Positions 32,701-46,054 of a stretch of 64,000 bases of DNA are shown one piece after another; the stretch's first letter is position 1, and each line of letters begins with the position of its first letter. Origin of the DNA: Catajapyx aquilonaris. Its lineage: Eukaryota. The DNA lies in assembly GCA_000934665.2 (NCBI GenBank), contig JYFJ02001102.1:1-64000 (forward strand). The letters run 5' to 3'. Position numbers and translations under genes: made by a program. Below the pieces are notes generated by a model. The model saw nothing but the letters and a program-made list of their open reading frames with translations, was not told where the DNA came from and ran no database searches.

Positions 32701-33397
32701 TAGTGCCAAAGCAGTGATGAGCGTCGCTGATCAAACCACTTTGTCATCACCTGCTGGTTTTTTTAAGTTCCCAGTTGATGTGATGTTCGTCCTCACAATA
32801 CTCGTGATTTATCAACGCAGTATGATCGAAACCATATTTATACTGTTGCAATGTGCAAGTTGTCTCCAGTACCATATATGCACTTTTGTGTACCAAGTTT
32901 TCACTACGAACCTGCAGCTTCTTGACTCCCTGCAGCGAAAATAAAAGGCTATGGACCCACCGAAAGTGTCGCTTTAAGTACCGCATGTAACAAGAACTTT
33001 TTTGCAAAATGTTCAAGTGCACAAGTGCACAAGTGTTAGCTCACATTCCTTGTACTTTTACTAAACTATACTCAGCTTGTCGAACCTGTGGCACAAAATA
33101 AGTGTCGATAAAAGCTTATTAAAAAATTGCCAGTTTTTTTTTTCCTCCCCCCAACCTTTAGGAAATAAATGACTGGTCATTCTACCAAATTGTTAACTCA
33201 TGTATTTTTTTTTCTGTGGGTAAATAAATGGGGACCATGTGTATGTAATGCGTATTATTTAGTCCATTACAGCGAGAACTGTTGGAGAAGAAAGGCAAAA
33301 GTTTGAATTTGGAGGGCTCAACTAAAGCATGATGGCCACCTCACATGAGGTATTGGAGAGAGAAAAATAATTGCGTATTGTTTTCAATATTTATACT

Positions 33398-33857
33398 GCC
33401 TGACAGCCAAAAACTTTTACCGCCAACACATATTTTCCTTTATCGCCAATTTCCCTGACAACCAATTCCCTTTACAGCCAAACTATTTTACCGCCAATTC
33501 CCTGACATCCAATTTACTTTGCAGTCAAAATCTTGTACCGCAAATTTCCTTTACAGCCAAAACCCACCCTGACAGCCAAAAACTTCTACTGCCAATTCCC
33601 TGATATCCCATTTACTTTACAGCCAATTCCCTTTACAGCCAAACCCCTGACAGCCAAAATCTTTTACCGCCAATTCCTGTACAGCCCAACTATTTTACCG
33701 CCAAATTCCCTGACAGCCAATTTACTTTACAGCCAAAATCTTGTACCGCCAATTTCCTTTACAGCCAAAACCCGCCCTGACAGCCAAAATCTTTTACTGC
33801 CAATTCCCTGATATCCAATTTACTTCACAGCCAAAACCCCTGACAGCCAAAATGCCA
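33398..33857. repeat. Minisatellite of ~15-16 bp units ending in (A/C)GCCAA with a 208-bp higher-order duplication
   Basis: Repeated CCTGACAGCCAA / TTTACAGCCAA / TTTACCGCCAA; block 33511-33626 recurs at 33719-33834. Confidence 0.9.
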
Positions 33858-34123
33858 GGGCGGCGACCCCTAGTTAAATTTGTATCATTTATAAGTTATG
33901 TACAGTACCGTACTTCGGTAGTGACGTCGTGCTGATCGACTACTACTGCCAGGAACGAAAAATGACCTTCAGAACTAATTATTTTATAATACAATGCAGA
34001 TTTTAATTACATTACGTTATAATGTAAGTGTATGGTGCCGAGCCGACGTTAAACGCTAACTTTGATTAGTTTTTTTTCCGTTTCAGTTGATCGCGTGGTC
34101 TTTCCTGTCCTTCTGGTCCCAAA

Positions 34124-37100
34124 ATGGAGGTTTTGGAGAAGCTGAAGGAGACGGGCTGGTGCGTTCCAATCAATCTGAAATCCTCTGTACTTACACCTCC
34201 GTCGGTTCTCACCTGATTGCACAGCCCGCAATTGGGGCGTCGGGCTTGAGGCCACGGATAGTTGGGGGCAATTGGCCCACGTTCCATACTCTAGGCCTTG
34301 CTTTCTTGTTGTTGTTGTTGCTGGCAGTGTACTTACAAGGAACACTGGTTATATCATTAAGGTTAATTAGTAGTGCCAGTACATGTTGGTTGCTCTTGCA
34401 GGTTCCTGAGTGAAGAGGGCTTGGCGCAGTGCAGAGAAGGAGTGCACGGGAATGACGTTAGAGCGATCATACGTAACGCGCTGGATGTAAGTGAATGGCT
34501 GGAATATTGGTGGTAGTTGACATTTGTGTTAGCAAGAGCCTGAAATGGCTGATGACATTTATATTTATGTCAAACAGCATAATCCTATACAAAATTCGGA
34601 ACAAAAAGAGGACAGATTTTTATGTCGTACCAAATTTGAATAGTTTCAATGCTAAGAAGTAGCCTACAATTGTTTCATAGTACTGTTAAAATTTGAGGGC
34701 AACACTGTGGCGGAGTGGTTAGCGCCACAGCCTTCCACCTCTAAGGTCCCGAGTTCAATCCCCGGATCGGACGGAGGATACTTATGTGGATAGAGTTTCA
34801 ATGGGTTCTCTCCGTGTTCGCGTGGGTTTTCTCGGGGTTCTCCCGTTTCCTCCCACTATGAAAATCCATCACAGAAAAGGCAATGTTAAAGACGGGTAAT
34901 TAAAAAGATGATCCCCTAAAAAGCCCATGGAGGCTTATCACAGGGTATCCATTATTAATATTATTATTATTACTGTTAAAATTTGGCCCATTGAATCATA
35001 AAATTATTAATATTTAAAAAAATACATTTGGGAATACCTAATTTCGTCCAATTTGGCAACATTGATGATCATGTCAGTTTCAAAATAATCGCAACTGCAG
35101 TAAAGGCTGCATAGTTACATTACATAACCTACTCAGAGGAAAGGTGCACTGCATTTTTGTTAGTTGCATTGTGAATGAGACAATTCATTTACGAGTTGGG
35201 AAGATGTGATTTTGTTGGGCAGTGTTCATAATGAAATGAATCTTTTCAGACTGACCTGCGAGAGATAGGAACAACTTCTTTTCCAGACGATGTTTCTCGA
35301 GCCAAAGGCGCAACGGTTTGTGATGTTTTCGTACCTTTTTTCTTTGCATGCATTTTGTAATTGGCTTGTTGAATCCTCATTATGCTTGATTTTAGGTGGA
35401 AGGTCCGCTGGTGTTCCAGATCCAGAAGTTACGCAATGTAGGTGCTCCTAAGGCTAACGAGGAGTCAGGTTCGGCTCCTCGTATGCTGAGGTTGATCCTG
35501 ACTGATGGGAAACTCAGTTTCAATGCATTAGAGATGGTGACACTCCCTCGGCTAAGCCTGAACACACCGCCAGGAACTAAAGTGTGCCTGAATGGGTCTG
35601 TGCCTGTATCGAATGGGTTTCTTCTATTGCGGCCATCATGCATCACTGTGCTCGGTGGGAATGTTGCTGCCCTAGTTGAAAAATGGGACGTCCATAGGGT
35701 ATGTCTGTACTGATATTTTTCTTTGGTTGATATGCATATTTTTTACTGCAAATCATTTAGTAATTGAACATTGATTGCCTTATTTTTGCAGAGTCTTGCC
35801 AAACACAACCGTGGTTTGGGTCTGGGCTTGGAAGGGGGCCCACCACCTTGGATCCCATTTGGACAGAAGCGCATGTCATCCAATCCTAATGACAAGAACT
35901 TCAAGTCCCTGGGTGGTCTCCTAGGCTCAGATAAGGAGGGTCGCGAGGACTCGGAGTTTGAGGCTCAACGTAAAGATGCAATTGCAGAGGCAGCGAGGGG
36001 TGGATCCAAGAAAGTATTTGGTGGAGGCAACAAGCACATGCTGGATCGCAGCGTGCAACAAGTGGTGGACGCTGGATTCAGTGTGGATCAGGCCCAGGCT
36101 GCTCTGGCTAGGTCTAATAGGGAGGTGGATCGAGCCATCCGTAACCTCCAAAGGGTCACTGTGTCTGACTCTTCAGGAGAAGGGTTCAGGAAGCGCGAAC
36201 CACGATCTAAGGGGAAGGAAGCAGCAGGTGGAGACCGCAGGAAGCGGAATGATGATTCAGATGAGGTGCAGTCGAGGCCGTCTGGACCAGTTAGTCTGTT
36301 TGCTTTCTTGGAAGACAAACTGCCTGCCAGTGCTGCTGCTGCTGCAAGTGTGACACCGAAGGCTGAGCAGGACAACAAGTGGTACAACCCAGAAGAATCC
36401 CGCCCGAGGCGATATGACAACCGGGGCGAGAATCGTGATAACCGCTACGAGAACCGTGAGAGCCGTTATGAGAACCGGGACAGCCGCAGCAACCGGGGTG
36501 GGTTTCGACGTCAGCCGCAGAGGTTTCAAGACCAGTCTGATGGTCACAGCCGGGGACGAAACTATGATGACCACGACCACAATTACAACAGGGGTCGTCC
36601 TAATCAGCCACAGCCTGAGAACCAGAAGCCCCCACGGTTCCAGAACCGAAACAATAACAACAACAACAGCAGCACCACAAACAGCAGCTGGCCTTCAGGT
36701 AGTTTTGTACAGGGTTCCTGGAGCAACAACAGTTATGAGGAGAAACGAGATACGCAGCCACCACGTGTTGAACCCCAGCATGATCTCTGGGGCAGCATGG
36801 ATGGTTGGCCGCCACGAAGCGAGTCTCAACCTCAACCCCAACCGCAGCCGCCCCCACAACAGCAGCCCCGCAATTTCCCCCCGCCATTTTCTCAACCTTC
36901 GATGGGTTTCCAATCCTCGAACACATCGGTTGCAGCTGCCCTGCAATCATATGGAGGGTACTCGTGGCCCAGCGGATTGGATACCTCTACCCCTCCCCCG
37001 CAGCCATCGCAGCCATCGTATATCCAGCAGCATCAACCACCACCACAACAACAACAGCACCAGCACCAGCAGCAACAACAGCAGCAGCACCAGCAGCACC

Positions 37101-39092
37101 AGCAGCAGCACCAGCAGCAGCAACAAATGTCGCAGCCTCCTCCTCAACCTGGTGTCAATGGTTTTGCTCACCAGTGGAAAGTGGGAGACAAATGTCTGGC
37201 ACAATACTGGAAGGATAATAAGGTATTTTGAAGCACAATTTCTTTGACCATGTACACTTGTGGTACGTACATAACAGTCACAGTTGCTTACAAATATATC
37301 TGCAATTATTTTTGCAGTACTACCTGGCAGAAGTAACAAATGTGACCCAGCAGACATGCGTAGTCCATTACCTGGAGTACGGAAATCAGGAGGAGGTTTA
37401 TCAGCATGATTGCATCCCCCTTCCAGTAAGATGATTGGTTACTATTTCTCATGCACTGATTCAACAAAAATTTGTTTTTCCTTCTGGGTAACGTAGGATT
37501 GCATGAACTACCATGTGATGCCTTCCAACCCGAGTTCGGGTGGGACCTTCATGCCATTCAGCAACGGGCAGTTCTCAGGTTAGCAATTGTGCATTGTTGT
37601 AGAACCTGCTTGTCTGGCTGTAAGATGAGTTTTTGTTAAATATACATTTTGTCCTGCATGTGACCTTTTTTATTAATTGTAAGCTGACTTGCGCAGTTGA
37701 ACCTCTTCCAAGAAAATTTGAATCACCGAGAATTGCAGGCCTTCTGGGTAAAATGGACGCAATTGGATTGCTTGCCTCCACTGCTCCTTTGTGTTTAAGA
37801 ACTCGAGCAGGCATATGTTGACATCCGAACGTTACCTCGTTATATCGACACTATGTGCTCAGAACTAGCATTGCAATGATTTGTTCGTGACGTACTGAAC
37901 AAACTGAAATTCATTTTCTTGATAATACGCTGTACTCCCGATTATCCGGGTGCGGATTATCTGTGCATCACCAAAACAAAGGGGCCGTCCATAATCCGCG
38001 CGGACAGATTTTTGCACTTTTTTACCTCCCCTTTGCGGACAGACGCGGACAATATCTTACCTCCCCCCCTAAAAATTGCGCGGACATGGCCTCCTTGACC
38101 CCCCCCCCCCCTTCCCCCGCTTCGCCACACTGAAAGTGTTATTTTCAATATAATTATTATTGGTATTTTTCATTTTTTGATATCTACACACAAATTCCTT
38201 TTTTCAGAGGCATTACGGTATATATTTGAGAGGTCTGACTAAAAAAACGGCCGAGTCCTTAATATTCATTTGACGCTTATTGTCCGCGCGTACAACTGAC
38301 TCCTACCCCCACCCCCCTGTACGGACAAAAGTGGACCAAGTGCAATCCCCCTCCCCCCCTTCACTTGTCCGCGCGGACCCGCGTGGACGGCCCCAAAGGA
38401 AAATAAATAGATGTCTGAAAAAATGTCAATATAGTGTCTTGCAAACAAAGAAATATAACATACTTTTACCAGAGGACAAACTAAAATTGTGTGGGAAGTT
38501 TCGTCATTTGGATTAAACCATTATTTAAAGCAGCGTACCGTATATACAGTAGTTAATTTAAAACCTCTGAATGTCTCACTTTTATGGTATCTAAAGCCAT
38601 TTTCTGATTATCAAGCGACACCCATACAGTTATTAACCCGGATAATTGAAAGTACAATGTACATCATGTGATAGGGTAAGACATAGCATGTATTGTGCTT
38701 AAAATTTTCGATTCCAATTGTCCTATTTGAAACATGCTGCTTTTCTTGGGAGGCCTGTAATTTTTGGGGCGGTTACAGCGAAGAGGTTTTACTGCCAATT
38801 ATGTCGTGAGCACCTGGGAAGACTGAACACCGAACCACCATTGCCAGGTTCAGTGGAGTTCCGCCGGGGTGGCAACCGGCCGTACTTCAAGTACTCGTCT
38901 GGCGGGAAGTCGGGCGACCCCAGGGTGTCCAATGGCAACCAAATAATGGATGGGGATGGGGGAGGAGGCATGGGAGGAGGGGTGATGGGTGGAGGAGAGA
39001 TGGGAGGAGAAGGGATGGGAATGGGGAACAGGGAGAGGAGAAACCAGTGGCCCACACAGCAATACTACATGCCACCAGCACAGCGGAAATAG
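34124..39092 (+). CDS. TDRD3: Tudor domain-containing protein 3 (about 784 aa)
   Basis: Exons 34124-34158, 34402-34486, 35250-35315, 35396-35698, 35792-37222, 37318-37425, 37497-37578, 38848-39092 (alternative in-phase acceptor at 38779). N-terminal GWFLSEEG..ALDTDLREIG, OB-fold (FQIQKLRNVGAPKANEES..APRMLRLILTDG..LSLNTPPGTKV), UBA (VVDAGFSVDQAQAAL), Tudor (WKVGDKCLAQYWKDNKYY..HYLEYGNQEEV), C-terminal EFRRGG..PTQQYYMPP. Probable 5'UTR intron 34024-34086. Confidence 0.93.
34696..34970 (+). mobile_element. tRNA-derived SINE with V-SINE-like core in TDRD3 intron 2
   Basis: Box A TGGCGGAGTGG, box B GAGTTCAATCCC, core GTGGGTTTTCTCGGGGTTCTCCCGTTTCCTCCCAC, (ATT)n tail, perfect 15-bp TSD TACTGTTAAAATTTG (34681-34695, 34971-34985). 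Confidence 0.9.
37928..38659. mobile_element. Degenerate TA-flanked Tc1/mariner-pogo-type non-autonomous element
   Basis: TA flanks; inverted ends CGCTGTACTCCCGATTATCCGGG vs CCCGGATAATTGAAAGTACAATG (18/23 match). Confidence 0.55.
37981..38394. mobile_element. PIF/Harbinger-like MITE nested in the previous element
   Basis: TIR GGGGCCGTCCA..TCCGCGCGGACA / TGTCCGCGCGGA..TGGACGGCCCC; 3-bp flanks AAA/AAA; internal GCGGACA repeats and poly-C tracts. Confidence 0.7.
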
Positions 39093-42000
39093 CGGGGCCT
39101 AGGCTGCGGTCCGCAGGAAAAACATTTCGAGTGTCAAGTGATGGCAGCTGGCATGGGAAATGATGGCACGTATGCCTGTAAAATATGTCTCCGTGTGAAT
39201 TACCATCACTTGCACTTGAAACTCAGTTTCTGTCATAATAACAAGAGACTTCTCAAGTTTATTTCGAGTTCTGCAGTGTGTGTGTGAGAGTGTGTGTGGA
39301 AATCTTGTGGGGGAAACGTCACAACTATTGTTGCTGTTTTGTAGTAGGGCAGCGTCCTTGTAGAAGACACATTACACTGAATAGTTCTATTTATGGGTGC
39401 GAGTGACACTTGTTGGTGCACTGCATGCAGGCCATGTAGAAATCAAACTCTCTATGCCACCACAGCTAAATTTAACCGTTCCGATCCAACATTGGCCAAA
39501 TATCGTGTGAATGATAGTTTATGTAAAGGGAGAGCAAGAAAGAGCGAGTGTGTGTGCACATGTGTAGACTACTATCAAGGATTGGAAGCAGTAGTGTTGA
39601 GGAGGTTAATTGCAATTCAAGTGTCCAACCTCACTGTTACAGTGATTTTAACGGTAGCTATTTTCTTTAGTCAAAGACTAAAAATCACATCACATGAATT
39701 ACATTTGAGTGCAGTTTTTGTAACATACTGTATTCAGGAATGTTTGCTACTTGTGTGGTTATCTATGAGGTGTCTGCCCTTTTTTTTCTGACTCTAGGAC
39801 TTTGTAACAATAGATTTTGTTAATAACATCGATAGATTTGTTAGTAATATATTAAGCCAATGGGAATAAATATTGCAAAGTATGATATGTGGAAGTGATT
39901 TTGGTTTCAGATACTGATTTCAGGTGTGTTTTTTTGGTTTATCCCACATTTGTTCCCTTTCATTTTTCAGCTCCCTAACGTTGTTCTGACTTGACTACTA
40001 TTGTCCTTTCAACATAATAAATCGCAATCAACATAATAAAAATTGGACCGTGATTTTGCAGACCAGCAAAGTAATGACCAAATTGCGGTAAGTATGTTTA
40101 TTGCATATCTCTCGTAAAGTAAACTACATCTGTTAGTTGTTCACACATTTCAACATGTTAGAAATAACACACTCTTTAAAAACGTCCATAATATCACATA
40201 CCCAGGTAGCACCTCGTAAGATTTTCTTGATTACATGGTGAAATTTGTATCCAATTACAGTATACATTGTGTGATCTTTGTCTTAATAACTACAAGAAAA
40301 TTGGACATTGAATAAAAATTCGTGAAAAAATGTCCCAAGTTTCAACTGTTTGTACCAAAACAGAATTAAAAAGCTTCCTGCACCATTGCACATCAAGTTA
40401 TTTTGGGAACCACACTGTAGTGGCCATCACCCTTGACATGGAAAAATATTTGCCCTCTTTTGCCCCTAACGGAATAAGACGTATCTCGCTGTGAGCTGTT
40501 GACATTGCGTAGACTACCTTGACTGCTGCCACTTTGAAATTATTATTATTCAGAAACTAGTTATGTAGAGGAGAAATCATGCCTATTTTATGCCATCTCA
40601 ATGCTAAGTACGTTTTATGTTTGCGTTATCAGGTGGGCCTGTACTTACACATTATTGAAGGCCACTATTTTGAAAATATTTATTCTATGATGACATTTTT
40701 ATAGCTATTCATACTTAAATTCAATTTATATTGCACTTTTGAAGCTATTCTTACTGAATACTGCAATAATGAGGTCTTTTACGATTGCCTAAAATCATAC
40801 AGCCAACACGAATAGGTCGACTAAAAAAAATCACAAAAATAATTCTTCACGTAATAACGACTCGTGTAAATCAGTTGTTGTGGTCCTAAAACCAGCGCCA
40901 GGGATTTCCTTTCTGAGGAACTGCATGTAACACGAGTCTAGTAATGTGAACCCCCCATCTCGAAGGCAAACGGTCTGAAGATGAGGTTCCGTGTACCTCC
41001 CACGATGAGCCTGTTTCAGTCACGTATACTACTCGCCAAGGTGTGTTAGGCCACAAGACGTGCTGCTCTTGCAATCAACTATAATTTTGGGCGGTTAAAA
41101 AAAAAACGATTGTGTTCTTCCTTTGTGCAGCGTTAAATAAATTTTATTGTCTTTAGTATATTTTTTAAAAAAAATTGTCATCCCCAGATGAATCCAGTTT
41201 ATCTCGTTTTTTGGTCGTCTGTCGAATAAGGTCATTTTGACGTGCTGCATGTCACGTTCGCACATGTGCATCCTGCTAGAAAATATGTCGTGCCACCTCG
41301 GCTAATGAGTACATATCGGGCAGCATGTAAACCTGTCAATATCATGCTTATTACTGTACCATCGAGAAAAGAGACCTTGGTTACCCCACTTATACTTTTT
41401 TGTGTGTGTGTTGTGTGTGTTCAATTTAATGCCTGCCAAAAGGTGCGTGCATGGTGCGACTCACCTGTTCGTAACTAGAACATGACAAAAACGCAGGTTA
41501 ATGTGTGAAAGGGTTGTGCGTTTTATGTGGGAATCTGGCAGCTGCAAACAGGGCCATGGGTAGAGATATACCATAAGGGGGGGTTCTTTTTGTTAGGTGG
41601 AGGAAGGTTTGTCCACGTGTCGAGCTAAAAGTAGTGTCCTCCGAATAACACTATACGCCTGCCAACTGACTCGGACGAATTGCTTTACATGTAAAAGCAG
41701 TCTGTGAACTAGCCAATGTGTTTGTGAGGAGAAATAGCCGCACTCTGATATTTTCATATTATGATGATTAAGTACGTGCACAACATGCTGTGTAATAATA
41801 TATTTCAACTGCTAGTTACTAGATCGTGCACACTAATATTGGGAATATCAAACGCACCCCTGTTAGTTGTAGCAAGAGCTAATAACTTGGTTGTAGCTAC
41901 ATAATCAGACATTTTCTTCACCCAGATTTGTACAGTTGTTACACTTTTGATCATTATGTTGCTTATAAAATATGTAAAATAAATTTACACAAAATAAGCA

Positions 42001-45000
42001 ATATTATGAAATGATGCTCTGATTTGCAATCAGGTGGCAAAATCACGATCACTGGTGACCCCAGTAGTGAAAGTTTCATAATAAGGTCCCTCCTCAATGT
42101 TATGTAAGGGGTTAGTTAATCCAGGAGACGGTTGGCTGAGCTCTGATGGGGTTAATTGGCCCACCTGTCTGACAGCACCTGCGATCGACCTTCTTCCCCC
42201 TTCTTTTTCCTTCCACATGGTAAAATTAGAATACGAGGCTGCACCGAGGCGCTTTAAGGGAGGTCACACACACGTACAAAAAAAAATGTTTTATCATGAT
42301 GAGGGGGTTCTAAAAAAAAATAGGAGGGAATGATCACAGTCTGCACCTGACTGGGTGGAATTTCGGAAGCTTTGAGTAAAGAAAAAGGTGAAAGAACCAG
42401 TTTTCTAAGCTCGAGCTCACCCTCCCAGTGCGTATTGCGTTTCGCACCTGCCTCATTCTAGGTTGATGCGTTGCCTGGCTTTCAATGTCAGAAAAAGCCT
42501 TTTGGTGTTATTAAATATTTAATTTGTGGGGCTTTGTCAGAATTTTCAATAGGAATTGGGGCAAGTGCGTGTGGACATTGTATATTAGGTCATCATATGG
42601 TCGATGAATTATGATGAAGCAATAGGACTATGAGGAAATGTCTACTAATTATCCAGAAGCAATGGACATTACATACAGAATTATTTGGCAACCAGGCAAT
42701 GTTCGTGTCAAGATCAAGGCCAGAAAAAGGGTTAGTGTCCATCCTAACCACCATTTTTTTCTGTATTTTTGCCTCCAAGGGATTGGACCGAAAAAAACGG
42801 ATTATATGCACCTTTACAGATCGACCCACTGACTTACTGACTCTGTAATTGTCTCGCCGAAACTTGCAGCATCCAAATTAATATTTGTGTATACCGTTTT
42901 TTTTAAAAGCAGGGTTTCGTGTCGTGGCTTCAAGTTTTGTCTTCTAGTGCGTGGCGTACATTTCTGAAGAGCTGCTGAGTGTTAGACCCCTGGAGGCAGA
43001 CACGTGGAGAATTTTTTCAAAGGGGAAATGACCCGATGCCATGCACTTCCGCCCCCTCTATCCTATATGCGTTACCTACCTAATATTATCCACAAGGTTA
43101 CATAATGACCGATGGTGGACTCTGATCGGGACTCGTTCTCCGGCTGTCGTTGACCAGGAAAAGAAAATTACTTGCCCTTGACCTGCTGATCTTCATTCAG
43201 GTACCATTTAGTTCGGCAGGGGTTCTGGTATCAGCATACTGATAATATGTACACATATAATGTACGGTCTCTCCTGCTGTTATTTGATCATAAAAATATT
43301 TAGAAAATTATACAAAAAAATAATTCCGTTTTTTTTTGTACGTTTTGTACGTCTGCTCATTATGCAACCTGATTCGTGACAATGTAGTCAAATGTATTCA
43401 GTAACATGGGACAAAAATTGTCAGGGTATATAAATGACCACAAATATAACTTGGGCTCAAGTGAAAGCCCATATTTTATTTGGGAAGCAGGTTTGTAGGT
43501 CAAAGTCACTTCTTATTTCATTTGGGGGGTGTGTAACTTCCATATAAAAAAACAGAACTTTGTGATAGATGGGATGAGCATCATTATTTTTAGTTTGACC
43601 CCAATTTCATGCACAATTTTGGTCACACTTTCACTCGAAATTGCTTATTAATCGTTTAGGACTTTACGCCCACTGCTCGTCCACGTGCACTATAAATGCT
43701 CTGAAGATTAAGGCCTTTTAAATGAAGTTTTAAGATTGGAGGCGATTTAGAACACTTAACTTCCATTGGCCTTGGCTGGAGTAAAATACATCCTTGAACC
43801 CGACAGCAGCCGAGTATATACGGTCATGAGGCCAAAATACGTAATGGGCCAGCGTCACCTGCTCTGCCCAGGCTCATCACACCTGTCCACTGCTCACCTT
43901 TTCTGATTACGCATGCCCCAGAAGCCCAGCCTATTTGGTATTCTGATCCCAAAACAGACCCTCAAACCTCACACTTTTCCTCTTCTACACGTCCTGCTGC
44001 TGGCCATTCTCCGCCCAGCATTACGTACAAGACGTAACACTGGGGCCCTGTAATAGCCTTCGGTAAGGGGCGTTTAATTTGGAGAGGAGTGAGGGGTTGT
44101 AACTCGAGGCAAGGCTAATGTCAGCGTGTTTTTCGGAGATGTTTACAACTGGTGCGTTGGGTATATTAAGAAGGTGTACAGAGAATAGCTAGAGCATGTG
44201 AAGAGTATAAGAGAGTCTGATCAGAAATGTTGCTCTGTGAACACAACGAACAGTCTTTGCATTTTTATTTTACACTTTAAAAATACCTGTAATGCAGACT
44301 TTTCAATAATCATAATATGGCCGCTCTGCACACCGAGTACTAGTTAATTATTATTATTTATTATACCTGTAATATCAATATTAATAAATATATTAGTAAG
44401 CTATACTGTGTTATAATAATATATTAATGCTACATATTAATAATTTAATCGTGCAATATTATTTGCAGAGGAAATTATGAAAACCAAAAAAATTAGCTGC
44501 AAAAAGTCCAATTACACACACACACACATGGGCAGTATTTTAATGTAAGATCTGACAGAACTGTATGTTCCTGATATTTTTTCAGATAATTTTTCTGGAA
44601 TTATGTAGTATAAGACTCATACAAATTATGGTGAAATTTCATTGTATCGTATAAAATAGCTGGGTTTTTTTTGCTGGACAGGAAATGCGCACAAGCTTTT
44701 TCTGTATGCAATGTAGTACGTACTAGTTTTGACTGGTTTTTTAACCAAAATGTTTTTGCATTCTTCTTAGCTGGATGGGAACGACAGTATTTAAAAAAAG
44801 AGAGCTCCCAGGGGACGTTATATAAGTCCTGGAAAAATTACAACAGGTTTAACGCTGCCATGGTCAAAGACAACCCAGTAGTGTAATACTCTTCGCCGAA
44901 AGACTGTGTGAACAGGTTTTCTTTGTGTAACCGTACTGATTGTAAATGGTTTTTTCTGCTTCTTCCTCCTCTTAACTGATACGCTCCATTTCCGTGGACA

Positions 45001-45840
45001 TGTCTTTTTACAGTGTCATCGAATTGCCGACCTGTTTTTTTTTTAGACTACTCACCCTTGAAAAAAATCAGGACCTGCTCTTTAAGAAGAAGAAGAAAAA
45101 AAGCGTTGGGTGTATAGTAAAGAAGTAGTCAGAAAGAAGAAGGATGAGGGTTTGTTGTTAGGAGGGCTTGAAAAGCATTTTTCTTCTCTTGTCCCAGCCT
45201 TGGATCGTCTCAAGACTGGGTTGTAAAGGGGGGTCTTTTGCGGCCACTCAGGTAAACCCAGGTGGTACCAACCGACATTTTAAGAAGCGGTTTGAAAAGG
45301 TTAGGTTTCGAGGCAGCAACGAACCCAAAAAGTTTGAATAATGTTCCAGTTTTTATATGAGATATGTCATACTGAATATCTGGTATTTATTTTTTTTAAA
45401 GTTGATATAAAGGAACTGGGCAGCTGCTGAAGAAGATTCACTCCCAAATTGTGGGGCGGGTCCCTTCAAGCAGTGCCATATAACATTTTTTGGGAGGTGG
45501 GTCCTCGTCCTCCATCTGTTGTCTTCTGAAGCTTCAAAAGACAACCTTGAGTAAACGGCGCCTCGAATTTTTTATCGATACATTTTTCTTGCTCTCTTTT
45601 CATGGATCTTACCTGACCACTCAAGGTCTCTCTACGGTCCCTTCAGTCCGTTCCGTCGCGGTTTCACAAAAATATTCCGTAACATATCGTGAAATCTGAG
45701 CCAGTTGTTGGAATGCACAGGTTTGGACTCACTACGACTGGTGTCATTGTTTATTGTTGTTGCCTAATTGGATATTTGAGTGGAAATTCAGATTTTTGTA
45801 TAGAGACACTGCTAACCCACATTCCTATAGCGTCCTTTAA

Positions 45841-46054
45841 ATGGACGGTGATGTGCAATAATGTGTCAACCCACAAAAATGTCAAAATTGAGTTAATAAG
45901 CCCAGGATAGTACTCAGTTAAAATCAAGCTGGCGAAATCTGCATACTTCTGTCATAAATGACCCGAAAAGGACACTGAATAGTAATTTCACTGCTGTGAC
46001 ATTCAAAGCCAATTTTCTCAAAATTGTTCTCATGTGGGTTGACTCATTGTCCAT
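45841..46054. repeat. Degenerate inverted-repeat element (old MITE?)
   Basis: ATGGAC..AATGTGTCAACCCACA..AATTGAG at left versus CTCAAAATT..TGTGGGTTGACTCATTGTCCAT at right. Confidence 0.4.

Noticed and set aside
33398..33935. Repeat array as a CRISPR, or the ORFs 33533-33811 / 33741-33935 as proteins
   Set aside because: Eukaryotic locus, no unique spacers and no cas genes; the ORFs are translations of the minisatellite.
34700..34775. tRNA gene (likewise 23035-23110 on the minus strand)
   Set aside because: Box A/B are present, but each continues into a SINE body with a tail and TSD, and no clean acceptor stem is evident.
36414..37357. 277-aa and other overlapping ORFs within the large TDRD3 exon
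   Set aside because: Frame shadows of low-complexity coding sequence.
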